The notes under the pieces: model-generated
Databases searched by the model: none
What the model was told of the DNA's origin: nothing
Seen by the model: only the letters and a program-made list of their open reading frames with translations
Made by a program: the position numbers and the translations under genes
Assembly: GCA_024137785.1 (NCBI GenBank)
Contig: JAHRHZ010000079.1
Span: 11,960,896 to 12,024,895 of the forward strand
From: Ginglymostoma cirratum
Lineage: Eukaryota
Length of the DNA stretch: 64,000 bases
Direction: 5' to 3'
Shown: one piece after another, positions 1 to 11,655 of the stretch
Layout: every line of letters begins with the position of its first letter
How positions within the stretch are numbered: position 1 is the first letter of the stretch

Positions 1-340
1 TTACTAACCATGTTTCCTAAACTCTCAAACAAATCATTATGTAACTAACAAAGTGTACCTAACATCGATCCTTGTGGAACATTATTGGTCATAGTCCTCC
101 AGCCCAAAAAACAACCCTTCACCACCGCCCTCTGTCTCCTACTGTCAAGCCAATTTGTCATTCAATTGGTAAGTTCTCCCTGAATCCCATATGATCTAAC
201 TTTATTAATCAGTCTACTATGGGGAACCTTGTTAAAGGTTTTAATGATGTCCATGTAGACAACATCCACCACTCTGCCCTCCTCTATCTTTTTGGTCACA
301 TCATCAAAAAACACAATTAATTTGTGAGATGTGATTTCCC
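1..340 (-). mobile_element. CR1-clade LINE reverse transcriptase fragment (decayed)
   Basis: Minus-strand translation gives ...DDVTKKIEEGRVVDVVYMDIIKTFNKVPHSRLINKVRSYGIQGEL..WLDSRRQRAVV..VPQGSMLG. This matches the CR1 RT motifs YLDFxKAFDKVPH and VPQGSVLG, with stops. Confidence 0.9.
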
Positions 341-1147
341 ATATTCAATTGTTGATGGGTGGGTAAGTGAACAATCATACTGCCAATGAATGTCAAAGGG
401 AGGGATTTAGACTCTTTCTTGTCGAAGTGTGTTTTGATTTATGGACCTAATGCAAAATATAGCCTGGACTTACAAAGTGGAGCACTTTTCTTATGGCACA
501 GGAATCTTTTAGTGACATTTACAGAGGGTGAGAAAGAGCACCTTTTGAAGCAGACTCAGCATTGTGCCACGCTCTTCATTGTTGCCCTTACGAAAATTCT
601 GTTCGCTGTTACTGAAGAGATGGCAAGATGGAAGTAAGTGTATGTTTAGAATAGCAATAAGAAGACACGGCATCAGAAGTCTCCCTTTGAAGAATTTTTA
701 GTTTTTATGGAGACTGAAATAGCTGCTCTCCAGACTCTAGAGTCTGAAATGTGGACCTCCTTGAAGAGACTGGTGGATCACACGGATAAGGGTAATTCCC
801 AAGCAAACTCTAATCACAGAATGAAACTTTTAATCTTTCACTCTTTATCCTGTACAACATGTGGCATTGGAAGCAATCTCAAGATTACCATCACTGAAAT
901 CTTGTTTTTCAAACCAGTGACAAGTTCCTTATACTCTGTCAAGAAGATTGGAAATGTGGTTCAATCAATAATATTTATTTGACTACAGACTTTACCTTTT
1001 AGCTACTGTCCAATTGCTTGGTGACATTCTTTATCGTGGTAGCAAAAACCAATATATTATTTGGGATTCCTGATCAAAACTGGAAAATATTCTGTGTACA
1101 TCCCTGTGTCTAGAAGCCCCCACAAGTACCCTTATCCCACAGAAGTC

Positions 1148-1288
1148 AAATACTGCAGAATAAAAACTGCAGATGCTGTAAATCAGAAGCAAAAACAGAA
1201 ATTGCTGGAAAGGCTCAGCAGGTCTGGAAGCATCAGTGGAAAGAAATCAGAGTTAACATTTTGGGTTGCGTGACCCTTCCTCAGAACA
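1148..1288 (-). mobile_element. Short Penelope-like element (PLE) terminal fragment with decayed hammerhead motif
   Basis: aaaacagaaattgctggaaaggctcagcaggtctgg...gacccttcctcagaac. The same unit recurs at ~7105, 21635, 34055, 41460, 44281 and 50752. Confidence 0.75.
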
Positions 1289-1449
1289 AAAGGTGGCAAT
1301 CTTAAACTAAAAAAAAATGTTGGAACAATCCTGGCTGTATCGGTAGAGAAAGGAGCAGAGTTCTGATGAAGAATTATACTCGTCTTGAGCATCTCCAGCA
1401 TTTTCTCCTTTTTTCTTTCTGTACCATCCTCTCTTCCTGCTAAGTGGTC

Positions 1450-2079
1450 TGTGACGATGCTATGGCTTTAAGACGTCTATTTTGCCCTTTTTTTTAAAGA
1501 AAGGTTTTAAGACAGAGATGCCAAGATATCCATTGAAAGCCGTAATGTAAGCAGCTTGTGAGGTCTTGTCTTTTTTAAAGTTTGGAACTATAGAAGCAGC
1601 TTGAATGGATGTGGTCAAGCTCCCACAGAACCAAGATTTTTAGTTTGTTACTTTTTCAGTAGTAGTTGTTGTTACTGGGTCTGTTGGTACAGTACATCTC
1701 TCCCTGCTACACATTCTGAGTCCTGTTGATGCATTTCCCCTTGGGCTGCTGAAGTTGCATGTGAAGCAATTTGGTTTTTACCAAGAGTATGTCTATGGGA
1801 TGTTTGAAAAAGTTTCTGTTTAGTAGCTAACTAATCTATTATTCTGTTAAGTTTTCCAATAGAGTTACAACTAAGCCGATTCTTTTATTTTTTTCTCTTG
1901 TTATGTTTTAACTTTAGCGTATGCATAAATTGTGTTTTGCTTAACATAGGGTAGTTTGGCCAATCGAATTTTATCTGGAATGTAATACCTTACATTTACC
2001 TTTAAAATAGGGAAAAGTTAGGCTCTGGAGTCTATACCTTCCTAATTTATTTTGAGGGGATTTGGTCTGGTCCGTAACA
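1450..2079. mobile_element. Solo LTR, Gypsy-like
   Basis: Starts TGTGAC and ends GTAACA. It is flanked by a 4-bp TSD GGTC (1446-1449, 2080-2083) and is homologous along its length to 8355-8953. Confidence 0.85.
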
Positions 2080-2164
2080 GGTCTCTTGTTCCATGGTGTC
2101 ACAAGGTTGCCCTTCACTATCCTCCTTTAAGTTAGCATCACTGTCACCTGTGGAGTTCTCTGCC

Positions 2165-2565
2165 AAAGAAAGTGATTGAATGTTTTCAAGAAGGTTTCTG
2201 ATATAGCTAAAGGAATCAAACGTTATGGAGAGAAAGCGGGAACAGGGTAATGAGTTGGATGATCAGCCATGATGTGGAGATGCTGATGTTGGACTGGACC
2301 GCACAAGGTCAGAAATCGCATGACACCAGGTTATAGTCCAACAGGTTTATTTGAAAACACAAGCTTTCACAGTGTAGCCCCTTTGTCAGGTGACTTCACC
2401 TGATGAAGTAGCTATACTCCGAAAGGTTGTGTTTTCAAATAAACCTGTTGGACTATAACCTGATGTTGTGTGATTTCTGACCATGATCAGCCATGATCAT
2501 ACTGAATGGTAGAGTAAGCTTGAAGGGCTGATTGGCCTACTCCTGCTCTTATTCTCTGTCTTTGT
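2165..2565 (+). mobile_element. CR1 LINE 3' end, interrupted by a palindromic PLE insertion
   Basis: Typical CR1 3' UTR: gatcagccatgatcatactgaatggt...gaagggctgattggcctactcctgctc. Confidence 0.8.
2274..2482. mobile_element. Palindromic Penelope-derived insertion with 15-bp TSD
   Basis: Arms ggttatagtccaacaggtttatttgaaaacac / gtgttttcaaataaacctgttggactataacc. TSD atgatcagccatgat at 2259-2273 and 2483-2497. CTGATGA...GAAAG core from 2400. Confidence 0.85.
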
Positions 2566-5500
2566 TTCTGTAGCCATAATGCTTGTATCAGATAGTTCCA
2601 ATTACTCAGCTTTCCAGCATCAAAGATCCTGTCTGGCTCTGCTGCCAATGGATGGTTATTCACTTCTCTCTTTCTACACTGAAGCTGTGTCTTGAAATAT
2701 CTATTGCTGTCTAAGGGGCAATCATATTCTGGAAAATTAATGCTGAAACTCCTCACACTCTCTGTTGCTATGGAATATGGCCAAGTGCACATTCAGCACA
2801 ATGCTGTCATGCCTCAAAGATTTGATTTTCTACATTTAATGCAATTGTCCTGCCCCAGATCCATGATGACCTAAAAATCACACAATCCGAACCTTCGAAT
2901 TCACTACACTTCCAACTCTGACTTTAAAATGGAGATGTTCCAGACTGAATTCCCACTAACACAAATCTTTCACAAGGATCAAACTTTGTACACTCACTTA
3001 ATACAAGTTCTAATTACAGGGAAAAAAAAGACCCATCTGTCTGACTTCAATGCTGCATTCCGTCTCAAGCTGAACTCTACTCTTCAAAGCTTTCACATTC
3101 CATTGGTCCCTTGCAGCTCAACATTCTCTCTTAATCGACTGGAAAGTCAACTGAAATATTTCCTGGATTTCAGCAGACCAACTAAAATTGAGAAAAAAAT
3201 AAACCGCTTCCAAGAGAAGCTCTTAAAATACAAACTTTTGCAATAGCAAAATGAAACATTGAGCAGCAAATCACAGTGTTCTTCAGTTGTTAACAATTAG
3301 GATGGATTTTGAAGCTCCCATTTACACTTCCTAGCCACAGTGGTAGCAGCACAAAGATTAAAAAAAAAATGTTCAACACACATGCAAGTCAGCTTCTTGT
3401 ACCTGCAGTTAAACTGACAATTTTACCTGACATCTTACCATGATTGGAAACAACATGATCCTCTGGGAATCTGCTACAAATGTGTGCCAACTTTGCAAGG
3501 ACAAAGTTTTTTGTAGTGTTTTGTAGAGATTGTGCGTTGTGATGCCAATGACCACCACCTTCTGTTTGAGGTAGTTTGCTGCCACCATTCCTTTCCTTGA
3601 CTGGGTCCCAAGGTCATGGAAAATTATGTGAGTCTTAACCAAAAGAAGCTCAAGTCTTAAACAAAATGCAGTTTATTGCATGATAGCAAGCAGGTACATG
3701 TTGCTTGAGTAAATTAGACATTATTACCAAGACTAATGGGGAGCAGGTGAATATTGACCCTGCAAGACCCAAGAATGTTCTGCCTTTTCCCATCCAAGTC
3801 TTTATGATATCTTCGTGTTGAGTGGTCCTTAATGAACTCTCCAACATCCAATCTTCCAAAATCTTGACTTTATACAGAAGGAATAACAATGCAACGGTTT
3901 TTAAAGTTGACAAAAAGTGAGATCCAGGCGACTTACTAAGTGAATAAAGACACACAATTCCATGCTTTAGAATAAACAGCAGTAAACCTTACTATACAAC
4001 ATTAGTACTATACAACATTAGAACAGTAATACAATCTATCATTTTTCACTTATTTCTAACATCCAAAATTAGCCATTGATTAATGTGGGTAATAGACTGT
4101 GATAAAACACTGTACAGAGCACATCGAATAGTACTTGCAATCAGGACAGAGCCTGTGGATATCTCAGCATTCCCTCAAATGTTAATGATATGGTGGGTCA
4201 TTAAATCTCATTAAACTTCACAAGGGATTATAATTCTTCACAATTGCCAAACTTGACCTTGATGCTTCTTTTCAGGAGCTGCTTCAATATGGACTGTGTC
4301 AGTGATTGCGCTCATTCTGATCAGTCACCCTCCATTCGTGGGTGGACTTCAAAACTGCACTCCAGTACTGTTGACTTGTTGAATAAAGTACATACGGTTT
4401 GTAAGCTTTTCAACCCCCAATCCTAGAAGTACCAAGCTATTAGTGAAAAATGAATTCTTCTGAACCCCAACAGCTCTCAGAATGTTTCTAGATACCTGAG
4501 TCCAATAATAAGCTACCTACTCACTCCTAGAACTTCTATTTGAGTTCTAAAAGCACAGAGAATTACCACTGAGATCTCAACACAGAACCTATGTAATTCA
4601 GTTAGCTTTATGGCTGAAAAGGTGAAAGAAACACTGCCTAACATGGAAGCATCTCTCTCTCTCCTCTCACTTACTGATTTTTCTAGTAGCTGTAACCTTT
4701 GTGTTCCTTTTTCTTGACTTGTCCTAAGAGACCTGTTGGAAACCTTTCACCGTGCCCCTCCATTATTTCTAAGCAGAATTGTATGTAACCAACGTATTTT
4801 GGACAGTTAACACAAAATCCCTTTTGGAATTGATTGGCCCCTGAATGTTACATTCTCACAGAATGCTAGCTTCCAGCAAATGCTGCATCCAACTAAAAAA
4901 GGATTCAGTTCAACATACATATCAAACATGTTGCAGAGGTATTTGTATGCATGGCCGTCCTTTCGTTGCCTTTCCCAGTGAACAGCAGCAGCCTAGTGTC
5001 ATCACACTGAAGCATCTCTAAAAGTACCAAACTGGTGAAATCTGTGTGGCTGGCTAGGCATAAGGTTCCTACTAACCTCTGTCAGCATTTGTATTTAGGT
5101 GGCTGCATCCCTCTAAATATTGATTTCAACTGGTTAGAGGAAAATGCTGACCTTAATTTTCTGCTTTATCCTCTTCTGATAAGCTGCATCAGGTCCCTCA
5201 TGCATTTCCACAAGGTCTGGGCTGACCTTGCAAAATCCCACAAGCACATGCAGCACAACAATAGCAAAACCTAAGCTTGTTTGAGGCTGCTTACTTTAGC
5301 TTAGAATGCATTAATTTGATTGCCGTGGTCTTCAGTGCTTTTCTTTTCTCTTTCATGGTAAATTTCAATTGGCACACCCAGGATCCTTTTGGAACCGTCA
5401 GTATCATTGTGATCACTCTAAACTGGAAGGTATCAGTCAATCAAATTAGTGCCACCCTGTCACGTATGCTGTCGGGGCATGTTTACCAGCTGTTTGGTAA

Positions 5501-5751
5501 ATGCACTTCTGGGACAATACGTTACAATGTAATGTCACTATGATTGACAGAACTTGCTTGTTAATGGCGAGACACTGAAAAACAGCATTTTTGTGCTTAA
5601 TTTAGAAAATCTACACTTCAAACATCGGTAATTTCAAAAGAAAGATATACAAGTTTAATGGACTGAAAAATGATGCTTACTTAACAAATCTGTCCTTCTG
5701 ATGAAATTTTCCTGGCTTTGTATTTAATCGATATGATATGTGCAATATTAC

Positions 5752-5880
5752 TAACAACAACTTGCATTGATATAACACAGCAAAACATTCGAAGGCGCTC
5801 TACAGGAGTATTATCAGACAGAACTTGACATCAAGGTGCCCAGGGCAATATTAGGAGAGGTGACTAAAAGCTTGGTGCCA
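5752..5880 (-). mobile_element. L2-clade LINE 3' end (old)
   Basis: aacaacaacttgcattgatata...gaaggcgctctacaggagtattatcagacagaacttgac...aaaagcttggt resembles the reverse complement of the elasmobranch L2 tail. Confidence 0.55.
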
Positions 5881-7104
5881 GCAATGAGTAATTATTTATC
5901 TCTACTCTCTCTCAATCATACTGCATTTTCTCTTCAGGTTGGTAATATCATTTTTTTTCACTTGATCTGTTTTGTTTTTAGAGACTAGTTTGAAGTTTTA
6001 ATTAAAGGAAAAACATGTTGTTCACACCTTACTCAAATGATTTCAGTGCTAATTTGTCCTAAGTGTCTAACTGGCAAATAGCTTCAGTGAGATTAAGACT
6101 CGCTTCATGTACTGACCTCACATATAACATGGGTTGACAGGATTCTCACAGATTTATTAAGTGAAGGCTTTTTTTCCCTTAATCGGCTAGCAATATTGTT
6201 GCTACAGAGATTGTGGTTTAAGATATGGTAACACACAGAGACTTAATGAAATTAGTAGCTATGGTAAGTCTGACATAAATAGAAGATAGATGTCACTTTT
6301 GGTAGCTTCATCATTGTGCTTTGTGGTTTTTCTCTCCATTTAAAGTACATCCATCTATTCATTTTATTAATTTTACTCAAAACCCAAAAGATATCATTTT
6401 ACTTAACCAAAGGGCGAATTGTCACTGCTATAATTCTAATACAAGATCCTCAGCTGAGTGAGATAGTGTGAATCAAATTGAGTTGTTTTCTATTACCTAG
6501 CTGCTGAGAAGAGGGGAATTGGGTTATGGCTGGGCATGACACCATGCTGGTGATGGCCATTGTTTTGAAGGATATAAATCAGTATCTCCCTCTGTGAGTA
6601 ACAAGCTCAAAGGTACAACTTTATTCCCCTTAATCATACCAATGACAGTTTCTCAATGAGTTATAGAAGACCAATGAAACATTTATGAAGTATCTCAAAA
6701 AATGACCACAATTATGTGCAACCCTGCCGTAACTGGTGAGAGCTAACAGCTCATCCCCCACTCATGGGCACTGTAGATTTGTTGATATATTTGCCCTGAG
6801 ACAAATTCGCTGCCATATTTCAAAAGAGGAAAGAGGTAGAGGCCAAAAGTTTAGATAAATGATGCACCATTACATTGCTCCAATTATTGAATGTTAGGTT
6901 CGCTCTGCTTGAAAACAATAGCCTGATGCTTTCGGCTGCTGGGCAAAGGTGACTTAAATCCATGGTAACAAACTGGAAATTGGCATTTGCCTGCCAATGT
7001 TTCTGAGGAATCACAGGAGAACATAATGGTTTCCTGTTCTGTACCCTCACATTGCAACATCTCATTCTTTATTGGCGAGGCCAACCGCTGTCTTTTTTTC
7101 GTAA

Positions 7105-7455
7105 TGAAAACCAAAAGAACTGTGAATGCTGGAAATCAGAAACAAAAACAGGAATTGCTGGAGAAGCTCAGCAGGTCTGGCTGCAATCAGCACAGTCAAA
7201 GATGTGGGATTCTATCCTGTGATGATGCTCCGGCTTTAAGAGATTATTGTGTCCTTTTTTTGAAGGAGAGAGATTGGGGGACAGGTGAAGATAAACAACT
7301 TGCGAGGCCTTGAGTTTTTTGTTTAAAATTTGAACAATAGAAGCATCTGTGGAGAGAAATCAGTTAACGTTTCCAGTCCAGTGACCCTTCCTCAGAACAG
7401 AGGGGAAGAGGAAGGGTTGAAGGAAGGGTCACTGGACCCGAAATGTTAACTCTTT
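7105..7455 (-). mobile_element. PLE terminal fragment with intact hammerhead core, a short inverted second copy and an embedded LTR fragment
   Basis: The minus strand at 7363-7398 reads GTT CTGAGGA AGGGTCACTGGACTG GAAAC GTT AAC. An inverted partial copy lies at ~7419-7453. Bases 7218-7345 are an LTR start. Confidence 0.75.
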
Positions 7456-8354
7456 TTTTTTTGTCAGATAATCCATGCTAAATACCTTCCATAATTTGGC
7501 CGCAAATGACCTTAATTGACACCAAATGTCCAATCCCATTTTAAATCATCATAAGCACATTTTGTGATACAGCCAACATTGGCCACACTTCAAATTGGAT
7601 TCACCTCCGCTTCACCTAACAACACAGTTCCAAACTCAACCAACTTCCATCCAGCCGCACACATGACATTTCATTTGACTGCATGCACACCTCCATCTCC
7701 CTCCACACAACACATTCCCACAGCAAGGATTCCTTTGTTTCATATTGCGTGAGCAGATTGCTCATATTACACTGAAAGGCAAGTTCATGTGCCCCATGAT
7801 CAAGGACCGTTTCCATCTTGGACAAATTTTTTTTTAACTAACTGGAAGTATTGTTGATATTAGATTTGGTCTAAGGGTCTGATAATATTTACAGCGTTAA
7901 TGTAATTTGTATTTGTGATAAATCTGACACCAATTGAATAGAATGGCATTTGATGTGTCCCTATCATTGTACTCAGTGGTAGTTTTGTAGTACATCCTCT
8001 TGAATGATGTCACTAATTTTACTCCGAAGTGATGAAGCATAAGTTTACTAAACTGGAGGATGGATGGTCAATCCTGGAATTTTAATCTAAGAGCTCTAGC
8101 CGAGCTTGATTCCTACTTTGTCATAAAATGTACCTCCCACCTTGCTTCACACTGAGCCCACTACAACCCACATAAGTACATCTGCTATGCTGCTCCAACA
8201 TGAATACACCTCCTATCTCATTCTATTTGGAGCCTACCCACTGAAGCAGGTTTTCTGTTTTTTGTATTGTAATTAGCACACCTCATATTTTGGTTAACTG
8301 CCTAATTGCTAACTATAGGTACCTGAGGTTGCAACTCAACAACTGCTTTTTACC

Positions 8355-8953
8355 CGTGATGATGCTCTGGCTGTAAGAGATTATTATGTCCTTTTTTTTG
8401 AAGGAGAGAGACTGGGGGACAGGTGAAGATAAACAACTCGTGAGGCCTTGGGTTTTTTGTTTAAAATTTGAACAATAGAAGCAGCCTGAGTGGGTGTGGT
8501 CAAGCTCTCACAGATCTAGGATTGTTAGTTAGCTTTCAGCAGTTGCTGCTGTGGGCTTGAAGAAGTGGAAGCTATTTCTCCCCCTCTCTCAATTACAGCC
8601 AAAAGCAGGGGGTTCTCTTCTTAGGCTGCTGGATTGCATGTGAGACAAACTCTGTTTTCTGAATTGGCCTTTTTGCCAAGGGTGTGTTTGTGGGATATTA
8701 CTGTGTTGTAACAGTTAATTGAGAATAGTTACTGAATCTAGGTTAAGTTTTCCAATAGAGTTAAATTATTCCAAGTTCTTCTTTTTTTGGTTGTATTTTA
8801 ACAACAGTGTTTGAATAAATTGTGTTTTGCTTAATGTCTAGTAGTTTGATCAATCAAATTGCATATCTGATATTTACCTTTAAAATAAGAAAAGGTTAGG
8901 GTCTAGGCTACCTTCATGATATATTTTGAAGAGGCCTGGCCTGGTCCATAACA
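8355..8953. mobile_element. Solo LTR, Gypsy-like, same family as 1450-2079
   Basis: (c)GTGATGATGC...GGTCCATAACA. It shares blocks such as gttaagttttccaatagagtta and atttacctttaaaata with 1450-2079. The TSD is imperfect. Confidence 0.8.
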
Positions 8954-9634
8954 ATCCCAACCACTAGAAATGGTACTTTTCTCATTACCAGGAACTCAAA
9001 AATAGAATTAGCTATTATCAGCTGAAGCATAATTGTTAAAATATACTTTAAGCCACAAAACAAACTTCCAGGGTTTCTATTTATCACACATTACTAGGTA
9101 CTTATAGCTACAACCTTTTGTTATTCCAAACATTGATTTAAAAAAATCAAACTTGACGCCTTACTAAGCACAGTTATCAAGACCCACTTGCAGAAAGTAC
9201 ATTATAGTTGAACCCATCTATTTCTGGAGTCCTTGTAAGAGTAAAGGATATCATTAAATTACCTGAAGTTGTACAGTTTACTTGTCTGGTGGCTTCAAGT
9301 TAACAGAAAACAGTAATCAGGATTTTGAACTTGACAAAACATAAAAAGAAACAAGTTAGAATTCTATCAGCTTAATTCCGATCCCCTTCTAAATGCTCAG
9401 ACACACATATAGATAGACACAGGCAAACAAGCAACTGTAGGTGTTATGGGAGGAGAGAAACCACAGTTCAAATGTATCTGTCCACTGGATTTGATGATGT
9501 GTTCCTTTATCTTCTACATCCTTCTGATCTCCAGTCTCCTCCTTTCCAGATCCTTTCAGTTCTTTACCAAAGACAAAGGAATGTCAATTCATTAATTGTT
9601 CTGTTTCTCAGTCACTGGTTAGAGGTGTAAGGCT

Positions 9635-9782
9635 AAAAGGTAAAGCCACCACAGTCTTACCAGATCACAGGGCTGCTCTATCATTAAAGAGAGATGACTG
9701 TTGGTGGTTTAACCTGAGGATTACTGTGCTTCAGGAAAGGTGAGAGATTGAAAAGGAGAGTGCTTCATGGCAACCTCAACGA
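9635..9782 (-). mobile_element. Truncated shark SINE body/3' end (family not named)
   Basis: aaagccaccacagtc...gggctgctct...gagagatgactgttggtggtttaacctgagga...gagattgaaaagg resembles a common elasmobranch tRNA-SINE body. The head is missing. Confidence 0.5.
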
Positions 9783-10254
9783 ACCAACAGCAAATAAAGG
9801 AGACTATAGCTAGTTATCTTCCAGATTTTTTTTTAGCTACTTCACTACAGAGAGAGAGAAACCCTGTCTCCTTTGCAGTCTGGAGTCTTCTGCCACTCTA
9901 TTCTTCACGCACAAGTTGTCCACCTGCCCAGTAGCCATTCAGAGAGCCGTTGTCATTCTGATACCTGCAGGACCAGTTGTGTGGGCTGAATTGCACAAAC
10001 CAATTACCAATCTGTCTCTGGGCAACACTTGCTTTGACTCATGCACACACACGCACATGCAAAAGCAAACACATCATGATTTACATCCCATCCCCCACCC
10101 CACTGCTTGAAGGAAGTAACTTATTTTTAAAAATGCAACAACTCTTCCTATAGTCCATGGTTTAAAGAAATGTCCTTTTCTCAGTTTAATCCACAAGCCA
10201 AAAACAACAAAAGATAAAAAGATGTGATCTTTAAATAATGATCGTACAATAACA

Positions 10255-11264
10255 CTCAGCACTATACTCCCTGTCTCCCCATGACTATGTTGCTAAATTC
10301 TGAACAAGTGCCATCTACAAGTTTGCCGATGACATCACCATGGTACGACGGATATCAAACAATGAAGAGTGAAATGAGGTAGAGGTCTTGGTGACATGGT
10401 GCAGTGATAACAACCTCTCTCTCAATGTCGACAAAACTAAAGAACCGATCATTGATTTCAGAAAGAAAGGAGGAGATCACACCCCCAACCACATCAATGG
10501 AGATGCGATTGTGAGGGTGGAGAGCGTCAAGTTCCTCGGAGTGACAATAACCGACAACCTGTCCTGGTCCACCCACATAGATGCAACAGTTAAGAAGGCA
10601 CAACAAAGCCTCTTCATCTTCAGGTGGCTCAGGAAATTTCTAGCATTTCTGATGAAGGGTTTAGGCCCGAAGCGTCAAGTTTTCCTGCTCCTATGATGCT
10701 GCTTGACCTGCTGTGTTCATCCAGCCCCATGCTTGTTAGCTCAGGAAATTTGGCCTGTCCATAAGGACCCTCACCAACTTCTACATATGCACCATTGAAA
10801 GCATACTGTCCAGGTACATAACAGCCTGCTATGGCAACTGCTCTGCTCATGGCTGTAAGAAACTACAGAAGGTGGTATGCACAACCCAGACCATCACAGA
10901 AGGCAACCTTCCATCCATGGACTCCATTTACATGGCTTGTTGTTGCAGAAAGGCTGCCAACACCATCAAAGACCCATCAAACCAGGGAAATGCTCTCGTA
11001 CAGCCTGTTCTGTCAGGCAGGAAATACAGAAGCTTGGACGTACACACGAGCAGGTTACCAGACTGATAAATGGACTCTCTAACTTCAACTAATGCTGATC
11101 TTGTTAATGTTGATCTTACCTAGCATACACCCTGTGAGACATAACCTGTATGCCTCTGAGATTTTTTTTCACCCTATGATCTGTATTTCACTGCTCATTG
11201 TGGTCTGCCTATACTGCTCATAACAAAGGTTTTCATTGTACGTCACAATAAAAAAATCAAATCA
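10255..11264 (+). mobile_element. Rex1/Babar-clade LINE, 5'-truncated (RT C-terminal half plus 3' tail)
   Basis: Translation YKFADD...WCSDNNLSLNVDKTKEPIIDFRK...VESVKFLGVTITDNLSWSTHIDATVKKAQQ. It ends in an aataaaaaaatcaaatcaa tail. Confidence 0.85.
10640..10738 (+). mobile_element. 99-bp PLE 3'-end insertion inside the Rex1/Babar LINE
   Basis: 13-bp TSD gctcaggaaattt (10627-10639, 10739-10751). Body ttctgatgaagggtttaggcccgaagcgtc...ctgctgtgttcatccagc matches 42415 and 58425. Confidence 0.9.
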
Positions 11265-11352
11265 ATGCAAATCAAAGTGGTTGCGAAAGTGAAGATGAAT
11301 TCCAACACACATTCATTCCTTTACATCTTCAAGACCACAAGAAATGTGAAAA

Positions 11353-11655
11353 AGAATCATAGAATCCCTACAGTGTGGAAACAGGCCCTTTGGCCCGACA
11401 AGTCCACACTGACCCTCAGAGCATCCTGCTCACGCCCATCCCCTATAATCCAAGTAATCTACACATCCCTGAACACTATGGACAATTTTAGCATGGCCAA
11501 TCTGCCCTAACCTGCACATCTTTGGACTGTGGGAGGAAACCCACGCAGACACGGGGAGAATGTGCAAACTCCACACAGTCGCCCGAGGGTGGAATGGAAC
11601 CTGGGTCCCTGGCGCTGTGAGGCAGCAGTGCTAACCGCTGAGCCGCCGTTTCCCC
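11353..11655 (-). mobile_element. HE1-type V-SINE
   Basis: On the minus strand: tRNA-like head (ggcggctcagcggttagcactgctgcctcacagcgccaggg), V-domain (gtgtggagtttgcacattctccccgtgtctgcgtgggtttcc) and a CR1/HER1-like tail (gggattctatgattct). Confidence 0.9.

Noticed and set aside
386-982. Two tandem + strand ORFs (83 and 91 aa), the first overlapping a GTAAGT donor-like site
   Set aside because: No recognisable domain or matching downstream exon, and the lengths are within chance expectation.
3990-4021. 16-bp tandem duplication tactatacaacattag x2
   Set aside because: Ordinary slippage or repair duplication.
1450-8953. Two related LTRs as the ends of one 7.5-kb provirus
   Set aside because: The first LTR has its own GGTC TSD on both sides. 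The copies are clearly diverged, and I saw no gag/pol between them.
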